A DNA stretch of 64,000 bases. Origin: a virus. A program made the translations under genes and the position numbers. Below the pieces are notes generated by a model. The model saw nothing but the letters and a program-made list of their open reading frames with translations. It was not told the origin of the DNA and searched no databases. Location: the IMG/VR virus record IMGVR_UViG_3300017917_003612, positions 14,549 to 78,548 of that record, one strand, 5' to 3'. Positions 26,049 to 35,772 of the stretch are shown in pieces (the first letter of the stretch is position 1; each line of letters starts with the position of its first letter).

Positions 26049-26267
26049 TTACTTTTTAGCAACAGTTTGCTTGGGAATAAAGCTAGTTGCTGATTCAGCA
26101 ACAGTCTTTGCCATGTCGGTACCAACTGCGGCTACGGTTTTGGTCCAATTGGCCTGAGCGTCAATTAGGGTTTCAAATCCACTGCGAATTTCTTCGTTTG
26201 GAATATGAGCAAAAACTGCTTTGGTCTGTTTTGCTGCGTTATCAACTAGTGTATCGATGTTATACAT
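26049..26267 (-). CDS. Small helical protein, possibly phasin-like
   Basis: Amphipathic Ala-rich 72 aa; AAGGAG SD. Confidence 0.55.
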   Translation of the reverse strand: MYNIDTLVDNAAKQTKAVFAHIPNEEIRSGFETLIDAQANWTKTVAAVGTDMAKTVAESATSFIPKQTVAKK

Positions 26268-26407
26268 GTGAATCTCCTTGTAAGTAAAGTATCTGTATTA
26301 TATTATAATTTATGCGGCAGTGCAACATAGAATATGCTCATATAATGATTTTGTTTGTTCTTTTTTTATCACTAAATATTTTACATATTTTTCAAGGAGA
26401 TTTCAAA

Positions 26408-26701
26408 ATGGAATTAGTAATTCTACTAGTAGCTGTGATTGGTGTACTTGGTTGGTTTCTATGGCGTGACCGCAAATTTGATGAAGCTGGGTCACACCCA
26501 TTAGATGGTGCCACCAAATCGTCGGTTTTAGATGTCAATCACGATGGACGAGTTGATCTTAAAGACGCAGTAGCAGCAGCCGAGGTAGTTGTTGAAAAAA
26601 CAAAGAAGACAGCCGCAAAAACCAAAGCAGTTGCCAAAGCCACTGCTGCCAAAGTCAAAACTTCTGCAAAGAAAACTGCTGCAAAGAAACCTAAAAAGTA
26701 A
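26408..26701 (+). CDS. Membrane-anchored protein with EF-hand-like loop and Lys/Ala-rich tail
   Basis: N-terminal TM; DVNHDGRVDLKD; KKTAAK repeats; AAGGAG SD. Confidence 0.75.
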   Translation: MELVILLVAVIGVLGWFLWRDRKFDEAGSHPLDGATKSSVLDVNHDGRVDLKDAVAAAEVVVEKTKKTAAKTKAVAKATAAKVKTSAKKTAAKKPKK

Positions 26702-26704
26702 TAA

Positions 26705-27793
26705 ATGTATTATCCTAACGTCGGAGTCTATTGCGACTCCGACTCCATTCGTTATCATTTTTCTCAATTCAAACAACTAAATCCACTTAGAGATTGTGCC
26801 GGTTATGACAATCTTGATGAATTTTGGCAGGCGTCGTGTTCAATCAAAATAGCAGGCCTGCATGTTCCATATCCGTTTAACAATGAATTTAGAAATAAAG
26901 TTTTGGCAATCAGTGCCAGATGCGATCATGTTTTTGTAGTTGCCACTGAAGTACATCCCGAAATAGTTTCTTTTATTCAATCGACTGATCTTGCAAACAT
27001 CACATATTATATCTGCGGTTTTGTAAATTTTGAACTACAGCATGCCCAAATGAAACCTTTTATGGATTGGTTCGAAACCAGCACATATTTTTATAGGCAC
27101 TGGTTACCAGAAATACTAACTAGACTGCGTCCCTACGAAACAAAATACCGAGCATTTGATATTTTGTTGGGTAGAAAAAAATTGCACAGAGATGAGCTAT
27201 ATAAACACATCAAAGAAAAACCCTGTTTAGGAATTGTTACTTATTTTGATAGCCACACTAGTCAACTAGGAAATGATCCCGACAAATGGATTTGGGAGCA
27301 TACTGGAGTAAAAATTATCAATCAACCAGATTGGACTGTTGATCGAGTGAACTATTATGGACATGTTATGAGCCTGAGTCAAATTATTCCTGTGAATGTT
27401 TATAATCAAACAGCCTACAGTGTTGTTGCTGAAACTTGTTTTCATGACAGCTTTGCATTCTTTACTGAAAAAACAAGCAAACCAATAATAGCAAAAAGAT
27501 TGTTTGTTATGTTTGCTGGTCGTGACTATTTGGCCAATCTACGTCGTTTGGGATTCAAAACATTCAATGGTATCATAGATGAAAGTTATGATTCAGAATC
27601 TGACGCAGTGATTAGATGGCGTTGTGCGTGGGAACAGATGGTATGGTTGGCAGATCAACCACAGGAACAAATACTACAACAAGTACAACCAATTGTAGAA
27701 CATAACTTTTCAGTTATGATGCGAACTAATTGGGCGGAAAACTTCAGACTTGAATTAGAGAACGATATTTTAACGATTTTGAACAAAAATTAG
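26705..27793 (+). CDS. Glycosyltransferase-like protein, TEK..KPI family
   Basis: VVAET...FFTEKTSKPI...GFKTF..IIDESYD. Confidence 0.65.
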   Translation: MYYPNVGVYCDSDSIRYHFSQFKQLNPLRDCAGYDNLDEFWQASCSIKIAGLHVPYPFNNEFRNKVLAISARCDHVFVVATEVHPEIVSFIQSTDLANITYYICGFVNFELQHAQMKPFMDWFETSTYFYRHWLPEILTRLRPYETKYRAFDILLGRKKLHRDELYKHIKEKPCLGIVTYFDSHTSQLGNDPDKWIWEHTGVKIINQPDWTVDRVNYYGHVMSLSQIIPVNVYNQTAYSVVAETCFHDSFAFFTEKTSKPIIAKRLFVMFAGRDYLANLRRLGFKTFNGIIDESYDSESDAVIRWRCAWEQMVWLADQPQEQILQQVQPIVEHNFSVMMRTNWAENFRLELENDILTILNKN

Positions 27794-27800
27794 ATACAAA

Positions 27801-28922
27801 ATGTCATTTGCCGAAAACACAATTGCAGTATATCATCTTATTGAACAAGGTTTTACAAATCATTGTTATAATAATATACATTGCATTAAAAATTATAAAT
27901 CTAAAGTTTTTTACGATCAAGAATACAATGATTTTTTGTCGTGCAGCACCAAATTTAAGTTTGCCTTTTTTGAAATAACTTATCTTGCGAACCCGCCGCG
28001 ATCTGACAAATGGTTAGAGATATTTCACAATGTTTACCCAATAGTTGATAAATGTTTTATTTTTGTTGGAGATTTAGAGCCAAATGCAATTGCCCGTATA
28101 CAGTCGCTTGATTTACCAAATGTTGTTTTTTTCATGCCCGGCGAAATCAACAACTACTCAATGAAAGTGGCCAAAAAATATTTTTGGAACAATTACATGT
28201 CTGAAGTAATAAATCTTTATTTAAAATTATTTCCAAACGATCTAACCAACAAATTAAATTTGCCTGTAGAAAATAAAAAGAATTTTGACATTTTATTAGG
28301 GCAAAAAAAAGAAAACAAAAATTTAATTTATAATATTTTAAAAGAAAAAGATCTTTTCCAATGCAATTATGTTACATATTTTCAAGCATGGGAAGACAAT
28401 ATCAAATTGTTTGATAATTTGACTTTTCATGACACAGACATAAATTATTCACAAGGAAGTGGAATGGTTGACTACAAAGGTCATAACATTCATTTATCAT
28501 CTGTTATTCCAACGGAAGTGTATAATATTACCAATTACACTTTGATTGTTGAGACTTATTGCTCAAACGATTTTACTTTTTTTACAGAAAAAATCATCAA
28601 ACCAATTTTAGCTAAAAGATTGTTCGTAGTTTGTGCTGGTCAAAACTATCTGACAAATTTAAAAAATTTAGGATTCAAAACTTTTGATGGTATTATTGAC
28701 GAAAGTTATGATAGTGAGCCAGATCTTTCAAAAAGATTTTTACTTGCATTGGAACAACTTGAAAAATTGTGTACACGCGATTTTGAAGAAATAATGTTAC
28801 TGGCAAACAATATTTTGGAACACAATGCAGCAATTGCTGAATCTCTATGTGGCTGTTACATTTATGATCTTGCTAGAGAAATTAGTAAGATTGTAAATGT
28901 TGTTGATACAACTGCTGACTAG
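27801..28922 (+). CDS. Glycosyltransferase-like protein, paralog
   Basis: IVET...FFTEKIIKPI...GFKTFDGIIDESYD. Confidence 0.65.
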   Translation: MSFAENTIAVYHLIEQGFTNHCYNNIHCIKNYKSKVFYDQEYNDFLSCSTKFKFAFFEITYLANPPRSDKWLEIFHNVYPIVDKCFIFVGDLEPNAIARIQSLDLPNVVFFMPGEINNYSMKVAKKYFWNNYMSEVINLYLKLFPNDLTNKLNLPVENKKNFDILLGQKKENKNLIYNILKEKDLFQCNYVTYFQAWEDNIKLFDNLTFHDTDINYSQGSGMVDYKGHNIHLSSVIPTEVYNITNYTLIVETYCSNDFTFFTEKIIKPILAKRLFVVCAGQNYLTNLKNLGFKTFDGIIDESYDSEPDLSKRFLLALEQLEKLCTRDFEEIMLLANNILEHNAAIAESLCGCYIYDLAREISKIVNVVDTTAD

Positions 28923-29901
28923 CCAAATTTTTGCCTTTAGCTTCAACCATAATATCTGCCCATGTGCCGTGCTCTAATGCCCATTTGTTGCAAGCCTGAT
29001 TCCAAGCAAAGTCCGAATGTGCTCGCAGTTTTTGTTTCTTGTAACCAGCTGCTAGAAGACTTTCAAGGTCAGGCCGTATATTAGGGTCATGACCCACCAA
29101 CACGTCTTCCCTACTAGTACTAAAATGAACAACAGGGCGAACACCACGCCAACTGTCGCAAATCCTCTTGATACGATCGTCTCTATAGTCAATGTATTCT
29201 CCAGTTGCAATCCAATGATGATGGAGGTCTAATACCAAGGCACAATCGTTGACCAGTTCGAGGCTGGCGTCAAGTCCCCAGGACATTTCGTCGTTTTCGA
29301 TGGTGATGCAATTTCTTGCTTCGGGGCTGAGACGCTGGAGTGCAGCTTGGATACCGGCTGGACCGCGTTTACCCGAGATGTGGACATTGATTTTAAAGTC
29401 CTGGAACGTTGAGCCATAGCCCATCCATCTAGCCATATCTGCATGATATTCAAACTCCTCAATACTTCTATTTACGATGTTGTCATTCTCACTAGCCAAC
29501 ACACAGAACTGCCCAGGATGAAAACTGAGTCTAACATCCAGGCGTCGTGCAGTTTCGCCAATCGGTGCAAAGATTTTTTCCAAATGACGTTGCACATCTG
29601 CTTGCTGCCACCAAGATTGCCAGTCTTTTTCTGTATAACCTTGCAGCATTTCCGAACCAAGTCGAACCATTCTACGTTCAGGCGGCAACGTAGCTACACG
29701 TTCAATCATCTTGACTGCGGCAGCAGCGTTATGATTCATGATATCCCACTGACGCTGTTCGGCTTCTCCAGGATGTTCACGCAACCAGCGCATAGTGGTA
29801 CTACGGCCGTTGAGATCACGATCCTTTGCATTGACTTTCATACCCCCACATTCGCTAGGATCATTTAACCACTTGCAGGCAAAGCCTATTCGTCCGATCA
29901 T
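28882..29901 (-). CDS. uvsE: UV damage endonuclease
   Basis: IGFACK, RLSFHPGQF, NVH, IENDE, DLHHHW, RAHSD, MVEAK. Confidence 0.9.
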   Translation of the reverse strand: MIGRIGFACKWLNDPSECGGMKVNAKDRDLNGRSTTMRWLREHPGEAEQRQWDIMNHNAAAAVKMIERVATLPPERRMVRLGSEMLQGYTEKDWQSWWQQADVQRHLEKIFAPIGETARRLDVRLSFHPGQFCVLASENDNIVNRSIEEFEYHADMARWMGYGSTFQDFKINVHISGKRGPAGIQAALQRLSPEARNCITIENDEMSWGLDASLELVNDCALVLDLHHHWIATGEYIDYRDDRIKRICDSWRGVRPVVHFSTSREDVLVGHDPNIRPDLESLLAAGYKKQKLRAHSDFAWNQACNKWALEHGTWADIMVEAKGKNLASQQLYQQHLQSY

Positions 29902-30146
29902 GTGTTCCTTATAACATACATTGTTAGTCCTGCACCTTGCTCAACCACCACACTATCTTTAGGATATTTACGGTAGGTCGCGATGTATTCGCCGGTTCTG
30001 CAATTTACTCGTTTCTTTATTACAGCTTCGATTATAATCATCTTATTGCTTAGTTTGGCCACTTTACCAATCATCAACTTATTTGATTGCGGAAATGCAA
30101 CAAAGTCGTTGACACAAATATCTTTACCCAAAGCGTCTGTGTGCAT
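29898..30146 (-). CDS. Hypothetical SH3-like protein
   Basis: Probable start MHTDALGK; DFVAF...IGKVAK. Confidence 0.6.
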   Translation of the reverse strand: MHTDALGKDICVNDFVAFPQSNKLMIGKVAKLSNKMIIIEAVIKKRVNCRTGEYIATYRKYPKDSVVVEQGAGLTMYVIRNT

Positions 30147-30197
30147 AAGAAATTTATTTAAAAATGATATTATAACTGCACTTTGATATAAAGTCAA

Positions 30198-30461
30198 TCA
30201 TGCGAATCTCAGTGCAAATTCAGTAGCTACTTGTTCGTTTCTAAAAACAAAAACAGTATCAGAATCTTCTAACTTATCGCTATCTCCTAAACTGTATTGA
30301 TTATAATACAGCCAATCATCGCCATTGAGCCAGTGTTGAATTTCACCTTCTCTGCCACCATATCTCACTGACCCTGTGCCAGCATTTGCTTTTAGCCATG
30401 ATTCAATTTCATCATGTTTTTGTGTCATGTTACGGTATGGAATTTTAATAGTACTAGGCAT
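30198..30461 (-). CDS. Small protein, FxFxNE/FxLxW family
   Basis: VFVFRNEQVATEFALRF. Confidence 0.7.
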   Translation of the reverse strand: MPSTIKIPYRNMTQKHDEIESWLKANAGTGSVRYGGREGEIQHWLNGDDWLYYNQYSLGDSDKLEDSDTVFVFRNEQVATEFALRFA

Positions 30462-30658
30462 TATCCTCCCCACCTTAGTAGAAATAAGGTAGCATCTGCT
30501 TGATTTTGAAAAGCAAAATACAAACCATTATTACGCCAGGTGCCTCTATCAAAGTTATCTATGCAGTAGGCTTCCAATCTACAAGCCTGTTCCCACGCAT
30601 CAGGTTCAGGAAGCATACGATATTGATATGGCCAATATCTTTTGTTATAGGTTTGCAT
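30461..30658 (-). CDS. Small protein, FxFxNE/FxLxW family
   Basis: FAFQNQADATLFLLRW. Confidence 0.7.
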   Translation of the reverse strand: MQTYNKRYWPYQYRMLPEPDAWEQACRLEAYCIDNFDRGTWRNNGLYFAFQNQADATLFLLRWGG

Positions 30659-31089
30659 TATGGATAATAATCCTCGTAAGGGACTACTACCCAGCCTAGT
30701 TGCTTGAAGTCTTCGCGTATTTCTTCTGTAATTATGCTTTCCGGTACAAATTTTGCTATCATGGCCATGTTTGCTAGTTGTTCTTCTGACAATTCCATAG
30801 TTAAACCATCTTCATTGTAGAGACCGGTATCTCTAATACCTGAACAATACCAATCCATGTAGTCACCTTCACACCGAATATCTGCTACAATACCACCGGC
30901 ATAACGCCAAGTGCATGACCATGTTTCATCTTTGAGTACGGACATGAGTTCGAGTTTTTGAAAGGCATTGTTGCAGAGTGCAGCATATAAATTTTGAGCA
31001 TAACTTTCACTGGCTCGAACTTTTTCTACGAACCATCGTGCGTCTTTCATGTCGCGTTCAAAATTATATTCCATTATTGTCCTTGCCAT
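30658..31089 (-). CDS. Hypothetical phage protein
   Basis: YAQNLYAALCNN...WSCTWRYAGGIVAD...GDYMDWYCSG. Confidence 0.8.
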   Translation of the reverse strand: MARTIMEYNFERDMKDARWFVEKVRASESYAQNLYAALCNNAFQKLELMSVLKDETWSCTWRYAGGIVADIRCEGDYMDWYCSGIRDTGLYNEDGLTMELSEEQLANMAMIAKFVPESIITEEIREDFKQLGWVVVPYEDYYP

Positions 31090-31292
31090 CGCAATTGAAA
31101 CAACATGGCTTCATGTTCATTTAGAAATTCAAATTCGTATCTTATCCACCATTCTGGCTCATTATCCAGCCACGACCATGCCGTAGTTGCATCATTTTCG
31201 TACACCATCCATCCAACAAAACTTGGACAATTATTTCTAGCCCAATCTGTAGTAAATGTTTCATTGATGTCATACAAAGTAATTATTGCCAT
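31074..31292 (-). CDS. Small protein, FxFxNE/FxLxW family
   Basis: WARNNCP...FEFLNEHEAMLFQLRW. Confidence 0.7.
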   Translation of the reverse strand: MAIITLYDINETFTTDWARNNCPSFVGWMVYENDATTAWSWLDNEPEWWIRYEFEFLNEHEAMLFQLRWQGQ

Positions 31293-31519
31293 TTTAATAA
31301 AAAATTACTAGCATCAGATTCGTTTTCAATTACTACTACCATGCCTTGCTGATGTTTTCTGCCCTTTGGCAAACATTGATCCATCCAAGTATATATCTCA
31401 GTTTCATTGTCCGCCCACCAACGATAATCAGCAATTATAATGTAATGATGTGGCATTTCATCATCAAAAGGTCCTGTGTGAATAAACCTGCCTTTTTCTT
31501 TAGGAAATACTACGCTCAC
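31283..31519 (-). CDS. Small protein, FxFxNE/FxLxW family
   Basis: WMDQCLP...IENESDASNFLLKW. Confidence 0.7.
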   Translation of the reverse strand: MSVVFPKEKGRFIHTGPFDDEMPHHYIIIADYRWWADNETEIYTWMDQCLPKGRKHQQGMVVVIENESDASNFLLKWQ

Positions 31520-31704
31520 TGTTTTTGATTCTCTTTAGGTGGTTTGACTGAGCAAATAGCAACAAATCCTTTGTTGTCCCAATCTCGTCGTGCATCCATA
31601 CATTCTACATAATTTGGGTAGACTTTACTGTATACGAATTTTATCTTTGGAGGTGGGTCCGTCCATAGTTGTACAATAAGTATCCAAGGCATCAAATCTA
31701 ACAT
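31516..31704 (-). CDS. Small two-Cys protein
   Basis: MPWILIVQLW...YPNYVEC...AICSV. Confidence 0.6.
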   Translation of the reverse strand: MLDLMPWILIVQLWTDPPPKIKFVYSKVYPNYVECMDARRDWDNKGFVAICSVKPPKENQKQ

Positions 31705-31705
31705 G

Positions 31706-31957
31706 TCATGTCCTTAAAATTTCAAAAGTCCATTTGGCACTATCTGGATCTATATCAAACCATAATTGATCGTTTTTGTCTAGCCAAACAGTGAGCCCTT
31801 TGTTGGTAAAATACTCTACTGCGGTTTGTTTGAATTGTTTGTCATTGTACTCTTTACCTTTTTTTGCTGCCATTTGAATACTGTGAAGTTCGTCTATATA
31901 ATATTTTAATATATGATCATGAAACCATTCGGGTGCGTCTCTAAAACGAAATTGCAT
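31706..31957 (-). CDS. Hypothetical protein
   Basis: 83-aa ORF within the operon. Confidence 0.6.
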   Translation of the reverse strand: MQFRFRDAPEWFHDHILKYYIDELHSIQMAAKKGKEYNDKQFKQTAVEYFTNKGLTVWLDKNDQLWFDIDPDSAKWTFEILRT

Positions 31958-31958
31958 A

Positions 31959-32180
31959 CTATCCCCACTTTAGCAAAAACATCAATAACTCTGCTTCGTT
32001 GCGAAATTTAAATGTATCAAAACTTGTTCTCCGGCCACATCTATTGTGCATGCACCATTCCTGTATCGGCTCAAGATTGTGTTCTCTTAATCCTGTTTGG
32101 GTGACAGGTCCGTGATCGTATGCAATTCTGGCAATTACGATCAAAGGATATGCTGCATCTCTCTCCCAAACTATCTTCAT
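31959..32180 (-). CDS. Small protein, FxFxNE/FxLxW family
   Basis: EWCMHNRC...FKFRNEAELLMFLLKW. Confidence 0.7.
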   Translation of the reverse strand: MKIVWERDAAYPLIVIARIAYDHGPVTQTGLREHNLEPIQEWCMHNRCGRRTSFDTFKFRNEAELLMFLLKWG

Positions 32181-32527
32181 GTGATTCGAACACGATTCAT
32201 TGCTGCACGGTCGCTATACAGTCGATGGCCACGTGATCTAAACAATTCTGCTGCTGTTTGAGGGTCTGTTTCGAACATCTGCTCAATATCTTCTTTACTT
32301 ATACTCATATCACAGTCAACGGCATATAATTCATAATGACGCTGTTGATTGCATCTAGCACGAAGTAGCATGTTTTGTATCATCTGATTGAGCGGATTAC
32401 GAGCAGGCTCTTGATTATTTAATATCCTAAATGTGTTTTCGCTATCCCACTGTTCGTATTGGGTAATAGGAACCACACTTTCTAGGCCTTCTTCGCACCA
32501 GTAAACCAAATAAGCATTGGTGGTCAT
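32177..32527 (-). CDS. Hypothetical phage protein
   Basis: WCEEGLE...LRARCNQQRHYELY. Confidence 0.75.
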   Translation of the reverse strand: MTTNAYLVYWCEEGLESVVPITQYEQWDSENTFRILNNQEPARNPLNQMIQNMLLRARCNQQRHYELYAVDCDMSISKEDIEQMFETDPQTAAELFRSRGHRLYSDRAAMNRVRIT

Positions 32528-32751
32528 AGATATTTTATTTGGAAAAAAGTTGCCCTAGCTGGATCTTTAAAGTCTAATCTAATATCATCAAGCCAGCCGG
32601 TTTCATGAAACCATTCTCTGTGGTTACGACTTGTAAAACCCAATTCTCTTTCTACCCTGGCTCGAATCAAAAAGAATGTATCCCCGTATTCTTGAGTTAT
32701 ACGAGTCCTGATATCTTGCCAATGCTTTTTATCTAAAACTAAGGTAGTCAT
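32524..32751 (-). CDS. Small protein, divergent FxFxNE family member
   Basis: LDFKDPARATFFQIKY; ATG 5 nt after TATAAT. Confidence 0.65.
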   Translation of the reverse strand: MTTLVLDKKHWQDIRTRITQEYGDTFFLIRARVERELGFTSRNHREWFHETGWLDDIRLDFKDPARATFFQIKYL

Positions 32752-32756
32752 ACTGC

Positions 32757-32785
32757 ATTATAGCAGTATATTTAGATTAGGTCAA
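32757..32785 (-). promoter_or_regulatory. Early promoter, probably leaderless
   Basis: TTGACC-17-TATAAT. Confidence 0.75.
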
Positions 32786-33225
32786 GGTTTGTACAACCAA
32801 CCCAAATTCTCAATTTGATGTATCCAGGTGAAAATAGGTGTAGTAAACGGTAATTCCCATCTACCGTTCCAGCCCAAATACGTTGCTGATTTAATAACTG
32901 GATTCTTGTCTGGGTAATCTTGTGGGTAGTCCGGATAAAAGTATCCTGCCCATTTGAATCTATCCAGTGTAATTGATTCAAATGTAACTGATTGAATTTC
33001 TATTGCCATATCTAAATTTTTATCTAAAATACATTCGTTATAATTTTTATTATTAAAATTTACCCAAAATTTGTGTTCGCCTGGGGTCAAACAAAGCGAC
33101 AATCTAAGTTTAATTGAATTGCTAACCGGAACAGTATTGATTAAATTTTCGTCAACACCATAAGAAATTTCTGGCACTGTTTTCCACCAGTGCGGCGTTA
33201 TCTCAATATCAAACACTGTATCCAT
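32782..33225 (-). CDS. Hypothetical protein, last gene of the modification operon
   Basis: YLGWNGRWELPFTTPIFTWI. Confidence 0.7.
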   Translation of the reverse strand: MDTVFDIEITPHWWKTVPEISYGVDENLINTVPVSNSIKLRLSLCLTPGEHKFWVNFNNKNYNECILDKNLDMAIEIQSVTFESITLDRFKWAGYFYPDYPQDYPDKNPVIKSATYLGWNGRWELPFTTPIFTWIHQIENLGWLYKP

Positions 33226-34507
33226 AATTTTTAAAAAAGTTACTATATTCTGGATAGAAATCTAATGCATTCAATTTGAACAATTTGTCCCAACGCATCA
33301 GCCAAAAAATCAATTCTTTTCTCAATTTATCGATATTATTAGATTCTGGTTGTTCTAACATTGTAATTACTGTGTCACATTCTTTAACCAATTGTTGTTC
33401 AAGCCTCGAAACATCGCGTCCAATTGTTAAAGTTTTCATGTCAGACGTACTTTGTAAAATTTCCTCTTTTAATTTGATATATTTTTTTACCAAACTCATT
33501 CTGATATCCATTGGTAACACTTTTATTGCCAAGTATTCCGGATCACTTAGAGGAATGCTTTGGATGCTTATTTTGTTTCTGAGTGCGAATAGAATATATT
33601 GATCATAATTGTTTACGTTTAACAGTTGCGGTACACTACGCAACACAATGTTAAATGTAGTTGTTCTGTATTTTAACAAAGTGTCAATATTTTGTAATGT
33701 TTTCTTTGTGTCTACTCCCTGTCTAATATAATGATTGTTGTTATATATACTTTCTAAACTGATTTCAATGTCAACAGATTTGAAAAATTGCATTTTTTTA
33801 ATCAATTCTTCATCAATGATTGTTCCATTGGAGACAAAACTTAAACTTAAATCAGAATAGCCATTGCTTACTAACCAATCAACAAACTCATAAAATCTTT
33901 TATTTACTAAAGGCTCACCGCCCATTATGTGTATCCTATGTAATTTAGGAATACTTTGTATATTTTTTAATAATTTTTTATAGAGTATATCAGAATTAGT
34001 CCAGTTGTTCTTTTTAGCATATGAGATACCCCATTTTTTGTAACTTTGTGCTATTTTACTGCTTGCATCAGGACTGCACATCTTACAGGCCAAATTGCAT
34101 TCATTTCCAAAATCTATGTGTAAATCAATTGGTAAACAATCTGTTGTACCAATCGCTGCAGATTCAGAAAATTTTTTATTCCAGGGGCTCTGTTGAAAAC
34201 TTTTGTCAAACGCTTGTTTAGTGAAAATCGCCACTTTAAAATTTTCCCGTATTCTGCGACTTTCGTGCCCATGTTGCTCTTCTATATAACATCTTTGGCA
34301 TTCAGGTAATTTCTCGTTGCCTAGAATACGTAATCTAAAATTACGCATGGCAGCACTGTTATACCATGTAATCAAATTGGTGTTTTGAATATTTTCAACA
34401 GGCCCTGTGGGTTTTGATATTTCGCTACAACAAGCACCATATGTTCCGTCCCAATAAAGATGAGAATTGTACCAAGGCACGGCACAAAATATATCTTTAT
34501 TTGCCAT
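33209..34507 (-). CDS. Radical SAM protein with N-terminal twitch/SPASM-like domain
   Basis: FCAVPW...ACC...CQRC; CNLACKMC; GGEPL. Confidence 0.85.
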   Translation of the reverse strand: MANKDIFCAVPWYNSHLYWDGTYGACCSEISKPTGPVENIQNTNLITWYNSAAMRNFRLRILGNEKLPECQRCYIEEQHGHESRRIRENFKVAIFTKQAFDKSFQQSPWNKKFSESAAIGTTDCLPIDLHIDFGNECNLACKMCSPDASSKIAQSYKKWGISYAKKNNWTNSDILYKKLLKNIQSIPKLHRIHIMGGEPLVNKRFYEFVDWLVSNGYSDLSLSFVSNGTIIDEELIKKMQFFKSVDIEISLESIYNNNHYIRQGVDTKKTLQNIDTLLKYRTTTFNIVLRSVPQLLNVNNYDQYILFALRNKISIQSIPLSDPEYLAIKVLPMDIRMSLVKKYIKLKEEILQSTSDMKTLTIGRDVSRLEQQLVKECDTVITMLEQPESNNIDKLRKELIFWLMRWDKLFKLNALDFYPEYSNFFKNYGYSV

Positions 34508-35772
34508 TAGTCAATAATGCCAAAGTTAGCCCAATTAGCTCCGCCTAAGCATATCCAACCTACCGGTCCTCCAGGATTAGGATTTGTATTCCAAACAATA
34601 TGACATCTTTCACTTACAAAATTAGGAGGGGAACTGGCAGCAGTAAATTTCATTGATCCAATATTCAAGTTGTCAATTTGAGTAGACCCATCTTCCGATA
34701 AAACAATATTATCTTTTCCGTTAGAAGTGATAATCAATTTCTGTTGTCTAGGTGTGCCCAACAATCCAACATCTCTGGATTTTTTCTTTGCGATTATTTC
34801 AATTTCGTCATCCCACACACTCAATGCTGCACTTGGTTCAATAGTATTGATACCAACACGTTTTGGAGTAATATATAAGGTTTGGGCCAATAAGCTTTCG
34901 CCGCTGACTTTCAGTTCTTTTAATTCGCCCAATGTTTGCAAATTGCTGTTTATAATTGCAGAGCCCAACGAATTAGATCTTGCAATTTCGGAACCATCCA
35001 ATGTTATTTTGCTAAGATCCAGTCCCTCTTGTTTGATTTTATCAAAAATTAAACTACTATATCTATTAAAGAGAGTATTATCTAATGTGTTTAGGGTGCT
35101 ATGTGTAGTAGTAGAAACTAATTTTTTAAAAAATTCAGTTTCTTCTGGGACAGATCCGTTTACAATAAAATTGCCATTGATGGTCATTGATCCTTCGACT
35201 GTTAAATCTTTGGTCAAAAGATTGTTTTCAATGACAGTGCTTTCGTCAAGTATTGTCAATGCTACCTTTGATGCACGATCATCTATTCCGGTACTACTAA
35301 AATTTTCAATTATACCGCCACTGATATTGTCGCCGGAAATTTTTAGATCTAATAATTTGAGTGCTGCAGGATCAATGCTATTGGGCGGAAAAACAAATTC
35401 TGAAATTCTATCTGCAATTATTGTGGATACCGAATCAGTTATGGCTTTTTGAAAATCTACACTGGATAAACTTGTTTGGACCTGATTTTCAACTAACAGT
35501 TGAGTTTTTTCTTTTGCTAATTCAATAGTTTCATTTATTTTTCCTACTATTCTATTTTCTAATCGTTTTGGGTCAACTGTGTACTCACTGACTCTTTTTT
35601 CAAAAGCTAAACCTGCTGCTTCTTTGATGTGAGTCTCGTAATCGTACGAAACCAATCGATTATTGATAGCAGCAGAAATAGCAGAATCTACTCTAATCAA
35701 AACATTAGATGTAATATCTGCTACAAGTCCTTCTACTATTTGTGCTAAATGTGTGTTAAGATCCATTATCAA
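34507..35772 (-). CDS. Probable virion structural/fibre-like protein
   Basis: Helical N-terminus; RVGINTIEP; C-terminal WNTNP..GGPVGWIC...W..FG. Confidence 0.55.
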   Translation of the reverse strand: MIMDLNTHLAQIVEGLVADITSNVLIRVDSAISAAINNRLVSYDYETHIKEAAGLAFEKRVSEYTVDPKRLENRIVGKINETIELAKEKTQLLVENQVQTSLSSVDFQKAITDSVSTIIADRISEFVFPPNSIDPAALKLLDLKISGDNISGGIIENFSSTGIDDRASKVALTILDESTVIENNLLTKDLTVEGSMTINGNFIVNGSVPEETEFFKKLVSTTTHSTLNTLDNTLFNRYSSLIFDKIKQEGLDLSKITLDGSEIARSNSLGSAIINSNLQTLGELKELKVSGESLLAQTLYITPKRVGINTIEPSAALSVWDDEIEIIAKKKSRDVGLLGTPRQQKLIITSNGKDNIVLSEDGSTQIDNLNIGSMKFTAASSPPNFVSERCHIVWNTNPNPGGPVGWICLGGANWANFGIID

